DNA from: an uncultured delta proteobacterium
GTDB taxonomy: Bacteria; Desulfobacterota; Desulfobaccia; Desulfobaccales; 0-14-0-80-60-11
Direction of reading: 5' to 3'
DNA: 64,000 bases
NCBI GenBank assembly: GCA_963812015.1
Contig: CAWETI010000003.1
Span: 1,632,001-1,696,000 of the forward strand
The notes under the pieces were generated by a model that worked only from the letters and a program-made list of their open reading frames with translations, was not told where the DNA came from and made no database searches. The translations under genes were made by a program, and so were the position numbers. Shown piece by piece: positions 28,855 through 38,554 of the stretch; positions within the stretch are counted from its first letter, which is position 1; every line of letters begins with the position of its first letter.

Positions 28855-30837
28855 TCAGCCAATTTTGATCGCCCGGACCTCTCTGGCGCGTTCATCGACC
28901 GGGATCACGGGCAGTTCGCCCTTGTTCTTGACCGGCAGGCTGCGGAGGTGGTCCATGATCGCCTGCCATTCCTTGATCTCCCGGGAGGCTTTCTTCTTCC
29001 CCCCAGTGGCGACACTGCGCTTGTCCAACGTACCCTTCGGCGGTAGCAGGTCGGGCGTGCTGCTGCGGGGGTCGTCGAGTGCCTCGACCTTCGACTTGAG
29101 GGGCTGTCCCTTCTTGTCCTTGGGAACAAGAGCCAGTTTACCCTTGGTGTACTTCGGGATGGCCATGACAATCATGCCGAGCATCAGGGGGCAGGTGAGG
29201 CTGTACAACCGCTCGTCCTTCCCGATGATGTCGATCGCGCGGTAGCCGCGATCGAGGTCTCCCATCTCGATGGCCGTCACGACGTCGAACTTGGGCCGCG
29301 ACTGGTCGTAGCGGAACCTCATGCCGGAGGTGCGGGGGAAATACTCGCCGGGGTGGGCCGGGCTGTCAACGAGGAAAAACTCGAGCAGATTCTTCAGCTC
29401 TTGGCCGGTGAAGTAGCCAGTCACGAGTGCGCTGCCGGCCGTGGTATCCACGACACCGGCGCCGAGGGGCGCCACGGCGAACACATCATAGACGGTTTGC
29501 ACGCCTGATTTTCCCCGGGTCAAGCCGGCGCGCATCAGCCCGTTGGCGGTGAATGCGATGTCCGCTTTCGTGGCCTTTCTGAAGGCGTCGGTACAGAGGT
29601 TGGCGAGGAGGGTGCTGGCGGCGATGTCGGTGAAGGTGTTGGGCAGGTCCCGCGGCGCCACCGCCAGCGGCTGATCGATGCTGTAACCACGGGATGCGAA
29701 CACGACCCCGGTGACACTCTTCTTGAGCTTGTCGATCTCGTCGGCAATGGCCCGATCGCCGGCAATAGTGTCGTCTATCGGGTAGAGCCGGTAGGACTCG
29801 ACCGTCAGCTTGCCACCGTCCATTGTGACCACCAGCTCGCCAAGGTTCTCTCCATACTTCCCGGTCTGGACCACTGGGGTGCGGCCGTTGACGATGATCG
29901 CCTCCTGCAGCTCGGTGTGGCTGTGGCCGCCGATCACCACGTCGATGCCCGGCACAGCCTTGGCCAGACTCACGTCGTCGCCCTCGCTGAAGCGCCCGTC
30001 CTTCCCTTTCTGCACGCCGCCATGGCTGAGACAGATGACCACATCCACCTTCTCTGTACCGCGGAGAAGCGTCACCATCTCCCTGGCGGTCTCGATGGCG
30101 TCGGTGAACGCAACGGCACCTGCACCACTGGTGTAGAACTGGGCCTCCTTGCCGAGCACCCCGAAGATGCCGAAACGAATGCCGCCGCGCTCGATCACGA
30201 GGTGGCGGCGGATCACCCCGGCCTCGGCCAGACGCTGGAGATCGGCCAGCGCTGCGTCTTGCTGCGCGAAGCCGCTATTCGAGGCAAGCACCGCCGGAAC
30301 CCGGCCGGCTTTCGAGGCCACGCCGATGGACCTGCCCAGGCCGTCAGGCCCGAGGTCGAATTCATGGTTTCCGAAGGTGGTGGCGTCATAGCCCATCAGG
30401 GACATGAGCTGCAATTCGCCACCGGTCTCGCGGGTAGCGGCGCCGAACGCAGTCCCCATGCTGTAGTCACCCGCGTCAAGCACCAGCACCGGACCCTGAT
30501 CTTTGCGCGCCTCCTTCCTCTTAGCAATCAACGCGGCCAGACGCGCGTACCCGCCCCGGGTCGTGTCGTCGTTGAGCGCGAATGGGGTGTAGTCCTGGGC
30601 TGGCCCCATGCCTATGAAGTTCGAGTGCATGTCGTTGGTGTGCAGGATGGTGAAGGTCTTCTTCCCGTTCGGGGCCGCGGATAGTACTCCAGGCAGGAAG
30701 ATCGTCACGCCGAATGCCGCTGAGAGAACCAGGAACTCGCGACGGGAGATCGTTTCGCGTGACATGAGAGTGAAGGTCTCCTTCCCGTCTGCTATTGAGG
30801 GCGGATCTTTGTCTGTGGTTTTCATTGTTGTGGCCAC
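28855..30837 (-). CDS. Tat-exported 5'-nucleotidase/UshA-family metallophosphoesterase
   Basis: SRREFL Tat motif; ILHTNDMH, LDAGD, GNHEFD, LSH, GGHSH; 5_nucleotid_C-type C-terminal domain. Confidence 0.9.
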   Translation of the reverse strand: MATTMKTTDKDPPSIADGKETFTLMSRETISRREFLVLSAAFGVTIFLPGVLSAAPNGKKTFTILHTNDMHSNFIGMGPAQDYTPFALNDDTTRGGYARLAALIAKRKEARKDQGPVLVLDAGDYSMGTAFGAATRETGGELQLMSLMGYDATTFGNHEFDLGPDGLGRSIGVASKAGRVPAVLASNSGFAQQDAALADLQRLAEAGVIRRHLVIERGGIRFGIFGVLGKEAQFYTSGAGAVAFTDAIETAREMVTLLRGTEKVDVVICLSHGGVQKGKDGRFSEGDDVSLAKAVPGIDVVIGGHSHTELQEAIIVNGRTPVVQTGKYGENLGELVVTMDGGKLTVESYRLYPIDDTIAGDRAIADEIDKLKKSVTGVVFASRGYSIDQPLAVAPRDLPNTFTDIAASTLLANLCTDAFRKATKADIAFTANGLMRAGLTRGKSGVQTVYDVFAVAPLGAGVVDTTAGSALVTGYFTGQELKNLLEFFLVDSPAHPGEYFPRTSGMRFRYDQSRPKFDVVTAIEMGDLDRGYRAIDIIGKDERLYSLTCPLMLGMIVMAIPKYTKGKLALVPKDKKGQPLKSKVEALDDPRSSTPDLLPPKGTLDKRSVATGGKKKASREIKEWQAIMDHLRSLPVKNKGELPVIPVDERAREVRAIKIG

Positions 30838-31004
30838 CGCTTAAAAATAGGTTTTGGAGATCTCTTTCCCGAGTACGTGGCGGGAATTCCTGGAAGCTCT
30901 GCAGCCAGTTACCCATTTCATTTGTTCCTCTCGCCTCGACCGAGAATTCGCGGGCCACCCCGTGGAGGCAGCGGCCCGTGTGGTTCACAAACGAACCAAT
31001 CGGA

Positions 31005-32597
31005 TTACTTCGATCCAGCGCCCTCCTGCAGCTTTTGCATGACCTGATCAATGCTGAAGCTGGCTGGCTTCTGGCTCGGCGGGAAATCCTTGAACGTCTT
31101 CAGGAACTTCCCAACGTAGGCCTGCGCCGGCACCAGCAGGAACGCATGATCGAGCAACCAATCGTAGTAGGTGTTCGAGGTGATTTCCGCGCGTTCATAG
31201 GGATCGGTGCGAAGGTTGAAAATTAGGGGCACACGCAGATCCGTGAACGGTTCGGCCCAGATTCGCATGGTGCCCGGTGCCCGCTGCTCAGCAAACACGA
31301 GTTTCCAGTTGTCATAGCGGAGAGCTATCAGTCCGCCTTCGTCGCTGAAATAGAAGAACTCGGTTCGCGGACCCTTCTTTTCCTGACCAGTCAGGTAGGG
31401 CACGAAGTTGTAGCCGTCCAGATGCACTTTGTAGGTCGTTTTGCCAATATGGTAGCCCTTGAGGAGTTGCTCTTTAATATCCGGTACGCCCGCGGCCGCG
31501 AGCAACGTTGGGGCCCAGTCCAAGTGCGACATGATGTCATTAGAGACCGTGCCGGGTTTGATCTTGCCAGGCCAGCGAACCATGGCGGGGACGCGATACG
31601 CGCCTTCCCAATTCGAGTTCTTCTCGCTGCGGAAGGGCGTCATCGCCGCATCCGGCCAGGAGTTCATGTGCGGACCGTTGTCGGTGCTGTAAAAGACGAT
31701 GGTGTTGTCGGCGATCTTTAATTCGTCAAGCTTGTTGAGTACCGTGCCGACGTTTTTGTCATGGTCGATCATCGTGTCGTGGTAGGGACTCTGCCAGCGG
31801 CCGGACTGGCCGAGGCTTTCCGGCTTGGTATGGGTGCGGAAGTGCATGTGTGTGAAATTGACCCACACAAACACCGGCTTGCCAGCCTCGGTCTGCTTCT
31901 CGATGAACTCAGCCGCGCGAGCCGCGATGTCGTCGTCGATGGTTTCCATGCGTTTCTTGGTCAGCGGGCCGGTGTCCTCGATCTTCTGCGTGCCATCAGG
32001 CAGCGCCCAGGAGTGGATCACGCCCCGGGGACCGAACTTCTTGCGGAAATTGGGGAAGTCAGATTCCTTCGGATAGTCCGGGAGTTCCGGTTCCTCCTCC
32101 GCGTTGAGGTGGTAGAGGTTGCCGTAGAACTCGTCGAACCCATGATTTGTCGGCAGGTGCTCGTCCTTGTCACCGAGATGGTTCTTGCCGAACTGCCCGG
32201 TGGCGTAGCCTTGCGCCTTGAGCAATTCCGCAATCGTCACATCCCGCTTCTTCAAGCCAAGGTCCGCACCTGGCAGGCCCACTTTGGTCATGCCCGTTCG
32301 CAGGCCGACTTGGCCCGTGATGAACGAGGCTCGACCCGCCGTACAGCTTTGCTCGCCGTAGTAGTCGGTGAACATTACTCCCTCTTTGGCGACCCGGTCG
32401 ATGTTGGGGGTCTGGTATCCCATCAGCCCTTTTGTATAGGCGCTGATGTTGCTCTGGCCGATGTCGTCACCCCAGATCACCACAATGTTAGGCTTGTCGG
32501 TTTTCTTCTTCTCCTGAGCCGCGGCAGGGCCGGAGACGGCTAACACTAACGCAACCATGATGGCCAGGGATAAGATTAGTCTTGAGACCCGGGGCAT
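31005..32597 (-). CDS. Exported Cys-type arylsulfatase
   Basis: KPNIVVIWGDDIG, SCTAGR (formylglycine motif), GKNHLG, STDNG, WEGAYRVP. Confidence 0.93.
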   Translation of the reverse strand: MPRVSRLILSLAIMVALVLAVSGPAAAQEKKKTDKPNIVVIWGDDIGQSNISAYTKGLMGYQTPNIDRVAKEGVMFTDYYGEQSCTAGRASFITGQVGLRTGMTKVGLPGADLGLKKRDVTIAELLKAQGYATGQFGKNHLGDKDEHLPTNHGFDEFYGNLYHLNAEEEPELPDYPKESDFPNFRKKFGPRGVIHSWALPDGTQKIEDTGPLTKKRMETIDDDIAARAAEFIEKQTEAGKPVFVWVNFTHMHFRTHTKPESLGQSGRWQSPYHDTMIDHDKNVGTVLNKLDELKIADNTIVFYSTDNGPHMNSWPDAAMTPFRSEKNSNWEGAYRVPAMVRWPGKIKPGTVSNDIMSHLDWAPTLLAAAGVPDIKEQLLKGYHIGKTTYKVHLDGYNFVPYLTGQEKKGPRTEFFYFSDEGGLIALRYDNWKLVFAEQRAPGTMRIWAEPFTDLRVPLIFNLRTDPYERAEITSNTYYDWLLDHAFLLVPAQAYVGKFLKTFKDFPPSQKPASFSIDQVMQKLQEGAGSK

Positions 32598-32679
32598 TTT
32601 TTGATCCTTTAATTATTTTTTGACCGCATTTTTAATCCTTAACTTATAATCAATCCTCGTCGCATTGTCACCAACTGCC

Positions 32680-35085
32680 TTAGGGGTTTTGGGTTTTGAT
32701 ATTTAATTTCTGGAGGGCCGCGGCCACCCGGACCCGGTCCCGGGGCGAGAGACTCTCCACCTGTTGGGCCTGGCGGAGCACCGCCTCGGCCTGGGGGCGA
32801 TCCCCCTGTTGCACGTAAATCTCGGCCAGCAACAGATAGCCGTCTGTGAAGCCGGGCCGCCGTGTAAGAAAATCCTGCAAAGTCATAGCGGCATTCTGAA
32901 AGTCCCCCTGCTCCTTCTGGTAGAAGGCCAGGGTATAGGCGTACTTAGGCTCCTGGGGGTTCAGCTCCACTGCTTTCTTGCACCAGGACACAGCCTCCGC
33001 CGGCCGGTCTTTGGCGGTGAGAATGCAGAGGTTGTAGGCCGCCGGCGCCATCTTGGGGTCGAGGCGAAAGGCTTCCCTGAGCTCCCGCTCAGCGTCCTTT
33101 ACCCGGTTCTGCTCGGCCTTAAGCAGCCCCAGGTTGAAGTACGCCGCGGCGTTATTCGGAGCAATTTTGATGGCCATCACCAGGGACTTCTCCGCTTGGT
33201 CCGGCGCGCCCATCTTAGCGTAGGCCATGGAGGCGTTGACCATCACCATGGCCGCCCTGGGCTCGATTTTGAGAGCGGTGTCGTAAGCGGCCAAGGCTTC
33301 CTTGATCTCCCCCCGGTTAAGATAGTAGTTCCCCAGGTTATAATGCGAAGTCCACTGGTCCGGCCGGGCCGTCAGGGAGTCCAGGTACTCGTCCGTTGCT
33401 TTCTTCACCTTATCCTGGTTTTCTCCCTGGAACCAGGCGGCAGGATAATGGGCAAGAGAGGCCGCGGTCCTGACCCGCACCAGCCGATAGCTGTCCCCTA
33501 CTGCCGCCACCAGGGCCTGGAAGCTTTCCCGGCTCGGCCGGACTGACAAGGCTTCCGCCGCTGCGGCCCGCACCAGGGGAGAGGGGTCCTGGGTGGCTTT
33601 GAGTAAGGTGGGTTGTATCCGCTCATCCGGGGCAGTCATGGTCAGGCGGATCAGGGAGGCGGCGAAGACCTCGTCCCGCTCTGGGCTCGTAATGTAGGTC
33701 ATCATCTCCGGGAGCTTTTGCCAGTCGCGCTTACGGGCCGCCTCGATGAGCCCAGCCCGCTGGAGGACAGGCGCCTGGTAGTCCCGCGCACGCCACTTCC
33801 TGACGTTCTGGTCGGCCCAGGCCGCGTCTTTATCCTTGTGGCACAGGTTGCAGGCATTGGGGGGGCCGAACTTAATCGTCGCAGCCGGCGCCGGCGGCAG
33901 CATGGAGTGATCGGTCCTGTTCATCCGGGCAAACGCGGTCATGGGCATGTGGCAGGTGACGCACTTAGTAGGAACCCCCGGCTTGTCCGGCGGGTGATGG
34001 ATGTGCTCCGCGGCCTTGGCCACCCGTTCGGCGTGGCAGGGGAGGCAGGCGTCGTTGGCCTTGGCTTCGTCTTTAAAGCGATAGCGGCCGCTGGAAGTGT
34101 GGCACGTGATGCAGTCGAGCTGCCCAGCCTTGACGCAGGGGCTCATGAGCCAGGTGGTGTAGGTGTAGTTTTCTCCCAAGTCACGGCCATCGGGATAGTA
34201 GTCTGGGTTTTCCAGGGTCACCAAATCAAAGTGGTCGAAGAACCGGCCCCCGGGCGGAAAAACCGTGGTGAGGGGGGAGGTCTTGGCATGACAAGAGCCG
34301 CATGAGGCGTTGTGTTGCTCATGGGTGAACTTTTTCACACTGATGATCTTGAGGTCCGGGGGCACTTGTCCTTTGGGCGCGGCCTGCATAACTTCGTTGT
34401 GCGCCTTGGAGGGGCCGTGGCAGCTCTCGCAGTTGATACCCGCCTCCGCCCAGGTGGTGCGGTAGGTGTCGGTCTTCAGATCATAGTTGGTGTTGTACTG
34501 GCTCACATGGCAGTTGTAGCAGGCGGTGTTGAAGGTGTAGGGCCACTCCTTCCAGTGGACCGGCTCATCAGGCGGCCCGGAGCCGAAGTGACGCACCCCG
34601 CTGGCCGCGGTGTCAAACCATTGTTTGGTGCGCGCGTCATAGGCCACCGGCAAGGTCTGGAGACGTCCTCGTTCGAGGGGAGTCAGGAAGTAATAGACGT
34701 TCTTGCCGCCCAGGGCGTGGAGGATGGGGTATTTTTTCTTCTTGCCTTTGGAGTCAGTTTCCAGGACCCAGCCGGCCTGGGGGTGGATGTCAGCCCGGTA
34801 ACGGCACTTGCCGATGACCAGGTTTTTCGTCTGGGGTGTCAGGTTGGTCCGGGCGAACTCCGCGGTGTAGGGTTGCATGGCCAGCCCGTGCCGGGAAGAA
34901 GCCCAGAGCTGGTAGAATTTTCCGTGACATTCGATACAGCTCTTAGAGCCAGCGTAGAGTGAGAGTTCCTGAGGCAATGTCGAGTCGGCCGGCTTCACTT
35001 GCGCATCCGCAAGGCCAGTAACGCAGAACATCACTGCTACGGTCGCTAATGCCGCTCCGATGGTCAAGCTGAAAAGCCTTGGCAT
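32680..35085 (-). CDS. Exported octaheme c-type cytochrome with HEAT and TPR repeats
   Basis: Eight CxxCH (CIECH, CYNCH, CESCH, CGSCH, CITCH, CLPCH, CVTCH, CNLCH); DPSPLVRAAAAEAL HEAT; C-terminal TPRs. Confidence 0.88.
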   Translation of the reverse strand: MPRLFSLTIGAALATVAVMFCVTGLADAQVKPADSTLPQELSLYAGSKSCIECHGKFYQLWASSRHGLAMQPYTAEFARTNLTPQTKNLVIGKCRYRADIHPQAGWVLETDSKGKKKKYPILHALGGKNVYYFLTPLERGRLQTLPVAYDARTKQWFDTAASGVRHFGSGPPDEPVHWKEWPYTFNTACYNCHVSQYNTNYDLKTDTYRTTWAEAGINCESCHGPSKAHNEVMQAAPKGQVPPDLKIISVKKFTHEQHNASCGSCHAKTSPLTTVFPPGGRFFDHFDLVTLENPDYYPDGRDLGENYTYTTWLMSPCVKAGQLDCITCHTSSGRYRFKDEAKANDACLPCHAERVAKAAEHIHHPPDKPGVPTKCVTCHMPMTAFARMNRTDHSMLPPAPAATIKFGPPNACNLCHKDKDAAWADQNVRKWRARDYQAPVLQRAGLIEAARKRDWQKLPEMMTYITSPERDEVFAASLIRLTMTAPDERIQPTLLKATQDPSPLVRAAAAEALSVRPSRESFQALVAAVGDSYRLVRVRTAASLAHYPAAWFQGENQDKVKKATDEYLDSLTARPDQWTSHYNLGNYYLNRGEIKEALAAYDTALKIEPRAAMVMVNASMAYAKMGAPDQAEKSLVMAIKIAPNNAAAYFNLGLLKAEQNRVKDAERELREAFRLDPKMAPAAYNLCILTAKDRPAEAVSWCKKAVELNPQEPKYAYTLAFYQKEQGDFQNAAMTLQDFLTRRPGFTDGYLLLAEIYVQQGDRPQAEAVLRQAQQVESLSPRDRVRVAAALQKLNIKTQNP

Positions 35086-35175
35086 TTTGACCCCCCGGTG
35101 ATTCTAACAGGGTTAAGATTAGATGGGAAGCAAATCAAAATTCTTTGGTGTGCCGGTGGGAATCTGAGCGATAAC

Positions 35176-35397
35176 TTGCCAAACCCTTCACTTATCACCG
35201 AGTCAGCAAAAACTATGGATATGATCTGCATATCCTCCAATGGCATTTGTGGGGAGGATGATTGCAGGTGCCCGCGTTTGAACGGGGCCAGATTAACGGT
35301 GGGAAAGGCAGGGGGCCATCGCGTCGAAAAGAGTTGATATGCTCTGGATATGGGAAGTTTATTGGCCCGGTGATAAGTGTCGGATCATAGCAGTTAG
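35176..35397 (+). repeat. Module-junction repeat (copy R3)
   Basis: TTGCCAAACCCTTCACTTATCACCGA...GATATGATCT...GAAAAGAGT.GATATG...GTGATAAGTGTCGGA.CATAGCAG shared with R2. Confidence 0.75.
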
Positions 35398-35615
35398 GTT
35401 GAATTTTTCTCCGATAAGAAACGGCGGCATAGCCCAAAAAAATAGAAACTTCGATATAAACAAAGAAGTCAGGCTCGCCTCAACTCTGTGGAGAAACATT
35501 CCCGGTTAGGTGAAAGTTGTGCTATTATCGCTCCTGCCAAAGGATTCAGCGTCATGAGAAGGTCAGATAGGGTCTTTTCACCGGCTAAAGTGATCAATAG
35601 TTTATTTTAGGCCAA

Positions 35616-35891
35616 AGGCCTATCACTATGCAAGGCCAAGTCTTCGGGGTCAACACCTTTTTCCTGAAGGGCGGCCAGATGCTGAACTTTGCTTCCTCTG
35701 GCCAGAACATCCTGGACCTGAAGCGGGGTCCGGGTCTGAGCCTGGAAGATTGGGCAGAAGGTTGGCGAGCCGAAGCCAAGAACCCTGGGCCGCCCGGCAG
35801 AGGCCCGGGAGGCCTACACCGCCTTCTCCGGCATGCCCCTCCGGAAGCCAAAGAGCAGATTGAACAGGCCAGGCGGTGGTTGGAAAAATAA
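35616..35891 (+). pseudogene. Internally deleted trypsin-like protease-TPR gene remnant
   Basis: MQGQVFGVNTFFLKGGQMLNFA resembles the end of an S1 protease domain; joined to the RHAPPEAKEQIEQAR tail shared by the downstream TPR genes. Confidence 0.55.
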
Positions 35892-35915
35892 CCGGTATTA
35901 TATTATGGTGCCCTC

Positions 35916-37172
35916 ATGCGGGCGAAATTTTTCATCGGATTGATTATGGCAGCGATTATTGGGTCGGACTACGCCGCGATCCCTGTCTTCGCGGCCCAGG
36001 AGATCCAGGGATACTGGAAACCTCCTAAAGCCATTAAGTTTGCCACCCAACCAGGGGGGGGGTATATAGATATCAGAAACGCCACAATGCATCAACAGAA
36101 TCCTGATGACATAGCCTACAACAATGCCTTTGATTTTATCAAGAACAGGAAATTCAGCCAAGCCATCTCCGAGCTCGATAAACTGCTCAATAAGAACCGC
36201 ATGTATTTAGACGCCTATTACGGCCGAGGGCTGGCGTACGCCCTGGAGGGCAAATACGATGCGGCCATTGCTGACTTTACCCGCTACCTGGAATTTGAGC
36301 AAAAAGACGCCGACTCCTACTGCAACCGGGGCCTGGCCCGGGTCCTCCAGGGCCAATATGACCAGGGCCTGGCTGACTTGAACAAGGCCCTGGAGCTAAA
36401 CCCCGATGATTACCTGGCCCTTTATCTCCGGGGCTTTGTGCATTTTAAACAGGGCCGGGCCGCCGCGGCCAGGGCGGACTATGAGAAGGCCTTGCGCCTC
36501 AACCCGGATTTCGGGGAGCGGGAAGGCAAAGGGCAGACCGAACTGGACACGTATCCATTGGTTTTGCAGGGTAAAGCCCCCGCCCGGGCCGGTGCGCCGG
36601 GTCCATCACCGGAAAGTCCAACCCATGAGAAACAGGCCCTGGCCGCGGCGCAAAAAGGGGATTATGACACGGCCCTGGCCGAATTCAGCAAGGCTCTGCA
36701 GGCTGACCCCAAGAATCCGGAACTCTACAACAACCGGGGCAGCATTTATACCTTCAAGGGCAGCTACGATCTGGCCCTGGCCGATTTCACCAAGACCCTG
36801 GAATTGGATCCCAGGTATGCCAGGGCCTACTACAACCGGGCCCTGGCTTATTACTACCAGGGTAATTACGACAGGGCCATCGCCGATCTCACCAAGGCCA
36901 TCGAATTGAATTCCAAGGACGCCGAGGCCTACAACAATCGGGGTCTGGCCTATGATCAGCAAAAGCACTATGATAAGGCCATTGATGACTTCACCAGGGC
37001 GCTGCTCCTGAACCCTAAGTTGGCGGACGCCTATTTCAACAAAGCGATATCGTGTGAACGGAGCGGCCGCCAGGCAGAGGCCCGGGAGGCCTACGCCGCC
37101 TTTCTCCGGTATGCTCCCCCGGAAGCTAAAGACCAGATCGAGCAGGCCAGAAGCAAAATCAGCAGGCGATGA
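35916..37172 (+). CDS. Exported TPR protein, array member 1 (divergent N-terminal half)
   Basis: Signal peptide; two TPR blocks; C-terminus AFLRYAPPEAKDQIEQARSKI shared with the array. Confidence 0.9.
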   Translation: MRAKFFIGLIMAAIIGSDYAAIPVFAAQEIQGYWKPPKAIKFATQPGGGYIDIRNATMHQQNPDDIAYNNAFDFIKNRKFSQAISELDKLLNKNRMYLDAYYGRGLAYALEGKYDAAIADFTRYLEFEQKDADSYCNRGLARVLQGQYDQGLADLNKALELNPDDYLALYLRGFVHFKQGRAAAARADYEKALRLNPDFGEREGKGQTELDTYPLVLQGKAPARAGAPGPSPESPTHEKQALAAAQKGDYDTALAEFSKALQADPKNPELYNNRGSIYTFKGSYDLALADFTKTLELDPRYARAYYNRALAYYYQGNYDRAIADLTKAIELNSKDAEAYNNRGLAYDQQKHYDKAIDDFTRALLLNPKLADAYFNKAISCERSGRQAEAREAYAAFLRYAPPEAKDQIEQARSKISRR

Positions 37173-37209
37173 AACCTTCTTTCCTTTTACTTGACGGCGG
37201 GAGGAGAAA

Positions 37210-38517
37210 ATGACCAGGGGTGCCAGGATTATCATAAGCTTCAGCTGCTGCTTCATAACCGGGTTAATCTTCTTTGGGGGAGCTGCGCTGGAAAGAAGAA
37301 CGATCCTGGCGGCGGAATATTCGGGGCGGATGAGGGAAGAGATGGCATCCCGCTTCCGGCTCGAGGACGAGGAAGACCTCCACTGGAAGCCCCTGGCGCA
37401 TGAAGATAGATTCTATGTTGTGCACCAAGCCTCTTTTGCCGGGCAAGAACCAATTTTACATAACAATCTTGGTATTGATCATGCTGACCAGGGCCGGTAT
37501 GACCAGGCCATCGCCGAATTCACCATGGCCGTGAAGAACTTGCCAATCTATGGCAGGCCCTATTACAACCGAGGCACAATCTATGCCCGTCAGGGGCAGC
37601 AGGATCTCGCCATCGCTGACTTTAGCCAGGCGATAGAAATAGACCCCGATTCTGGCGATGCCTGGCACAATCGCGGGGTCGTTTATACGCAAAAAGGGCA
37701 ATACGAGCAGGCCCTGGCCGACTTCAAAAAGGTCTTGCAACTTAAGCCCGAAGATGCCGAGGCTTACTACATGCGGGGGGTGGTCTATCTGAAACTGGGG
37801 CAGAATGACCGGGCCATCGCCGACTTCACCAAGTCCCTGGAACTGGACCCCAAATTTGCCAAGGCCTACTGCAACCGGGGGGTAACTTATGCCATGCAGG
37901 GTCAGATGGACCGGGCCCTGCCCGACCTGAATAAGGCCTTGCAGACTAATCCCAGATACAGCAAGGCTTTATACATACGCGGCCTGATCTACACCCAGCA
38001 GAAGAAAAACGAGCAGGCCCTGACGGATTTCAATAAAGCCCTGGAAATCAACGCCGGCAATGACAAGGCCCTCTATTTCCGGGGCATTCTCTATTTCAGC
38101 CAGGGGCGATATGACTTAGCCCTGGCGGACTTCAACCAGGCCCTGAAGATCAATCCCAAATATGCCGAAGCCTACAATAACCGGGGCAGTATCTTTACGG
38201 CCAAGGGCCAGTATGACCAAGCCCTGGCCGACTTCAACCAGGCCCTGCAGATAGACCCCAGGCATGCCAACGCCTACTACAACCGGGGAGTGGCCTACTT
38301 TAACAAGAGCCTTTATGATAAGGCCATTGTCGATTTCAATAAATCCCTGGAACTGGACTCCAAACTGGCCGACGCTTATTTTAGCAAGGCCCTGGCTTTG
38401 GAGGCGGCGGGCCGCCAGGCAGAGGCCCGGGAGGCCTACGCCGCCTTTCTCCAGTATGCTCCCCCGGAAGCTAAAGACCAGATCGAGCAGGCCAGAAGCA
38501 AAATCGGTAGGCGATGA
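37210..38517 (+). CDS. Exported TPR protein, array member 2
   Basis: Hydrophobic N-terminus, EEMASRFRLEDEEDLHWK, variable segment, about 10 TPRs. Confidence 0.92.
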   Translation: MTRGARIIISFSCCFITGLIFFGGAALERRTILAAEYSGRMREEMASRFRLEDEEDLHWKPLAHEDRFYVVHQASFAGQEPILHNNLGIDHADQGRYDQAIAEFTMAVKNLPIYGRPYYNRGTIYARQGQQDLAIADFSQAIEIDPDSGDAWHNRGVVYTQKGQYEQALADFKKVLQLKPEDAEAYYMRGVVYLKLGQNDRAIADFTKSLELDPKFAKAYCNRGVTYAMQGQMDRALPDLNKALQTNPRYSKALYIRGLIYTQQKKNEQALTDFNKALEINAGNDKALYFRGILYFSQGRYDLALADFNQALKINPKYAEAYNNRGSIFTAKGQYDQALADFNQALQIDPRHANAYYNRGVAYFNKSLYDKAIVDFNKSLELDSKLADAYFSKALALEAAGRQAEAREAYAAFLQYAPPEAKDQIEQARSKIGRR

Positions 38518-38554
38518 AACCCTCTTTTCTTTAAGTTGACGCCGGGAGGAGAAA

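Noticed and set aside
32680..35085. NrfA-type cytochrome c nitrite reductase
   Set aside because: No CxxCK active-site motif; the 8 CxxCH + HEAT/TPR architecture differs from pentaheme NrfA
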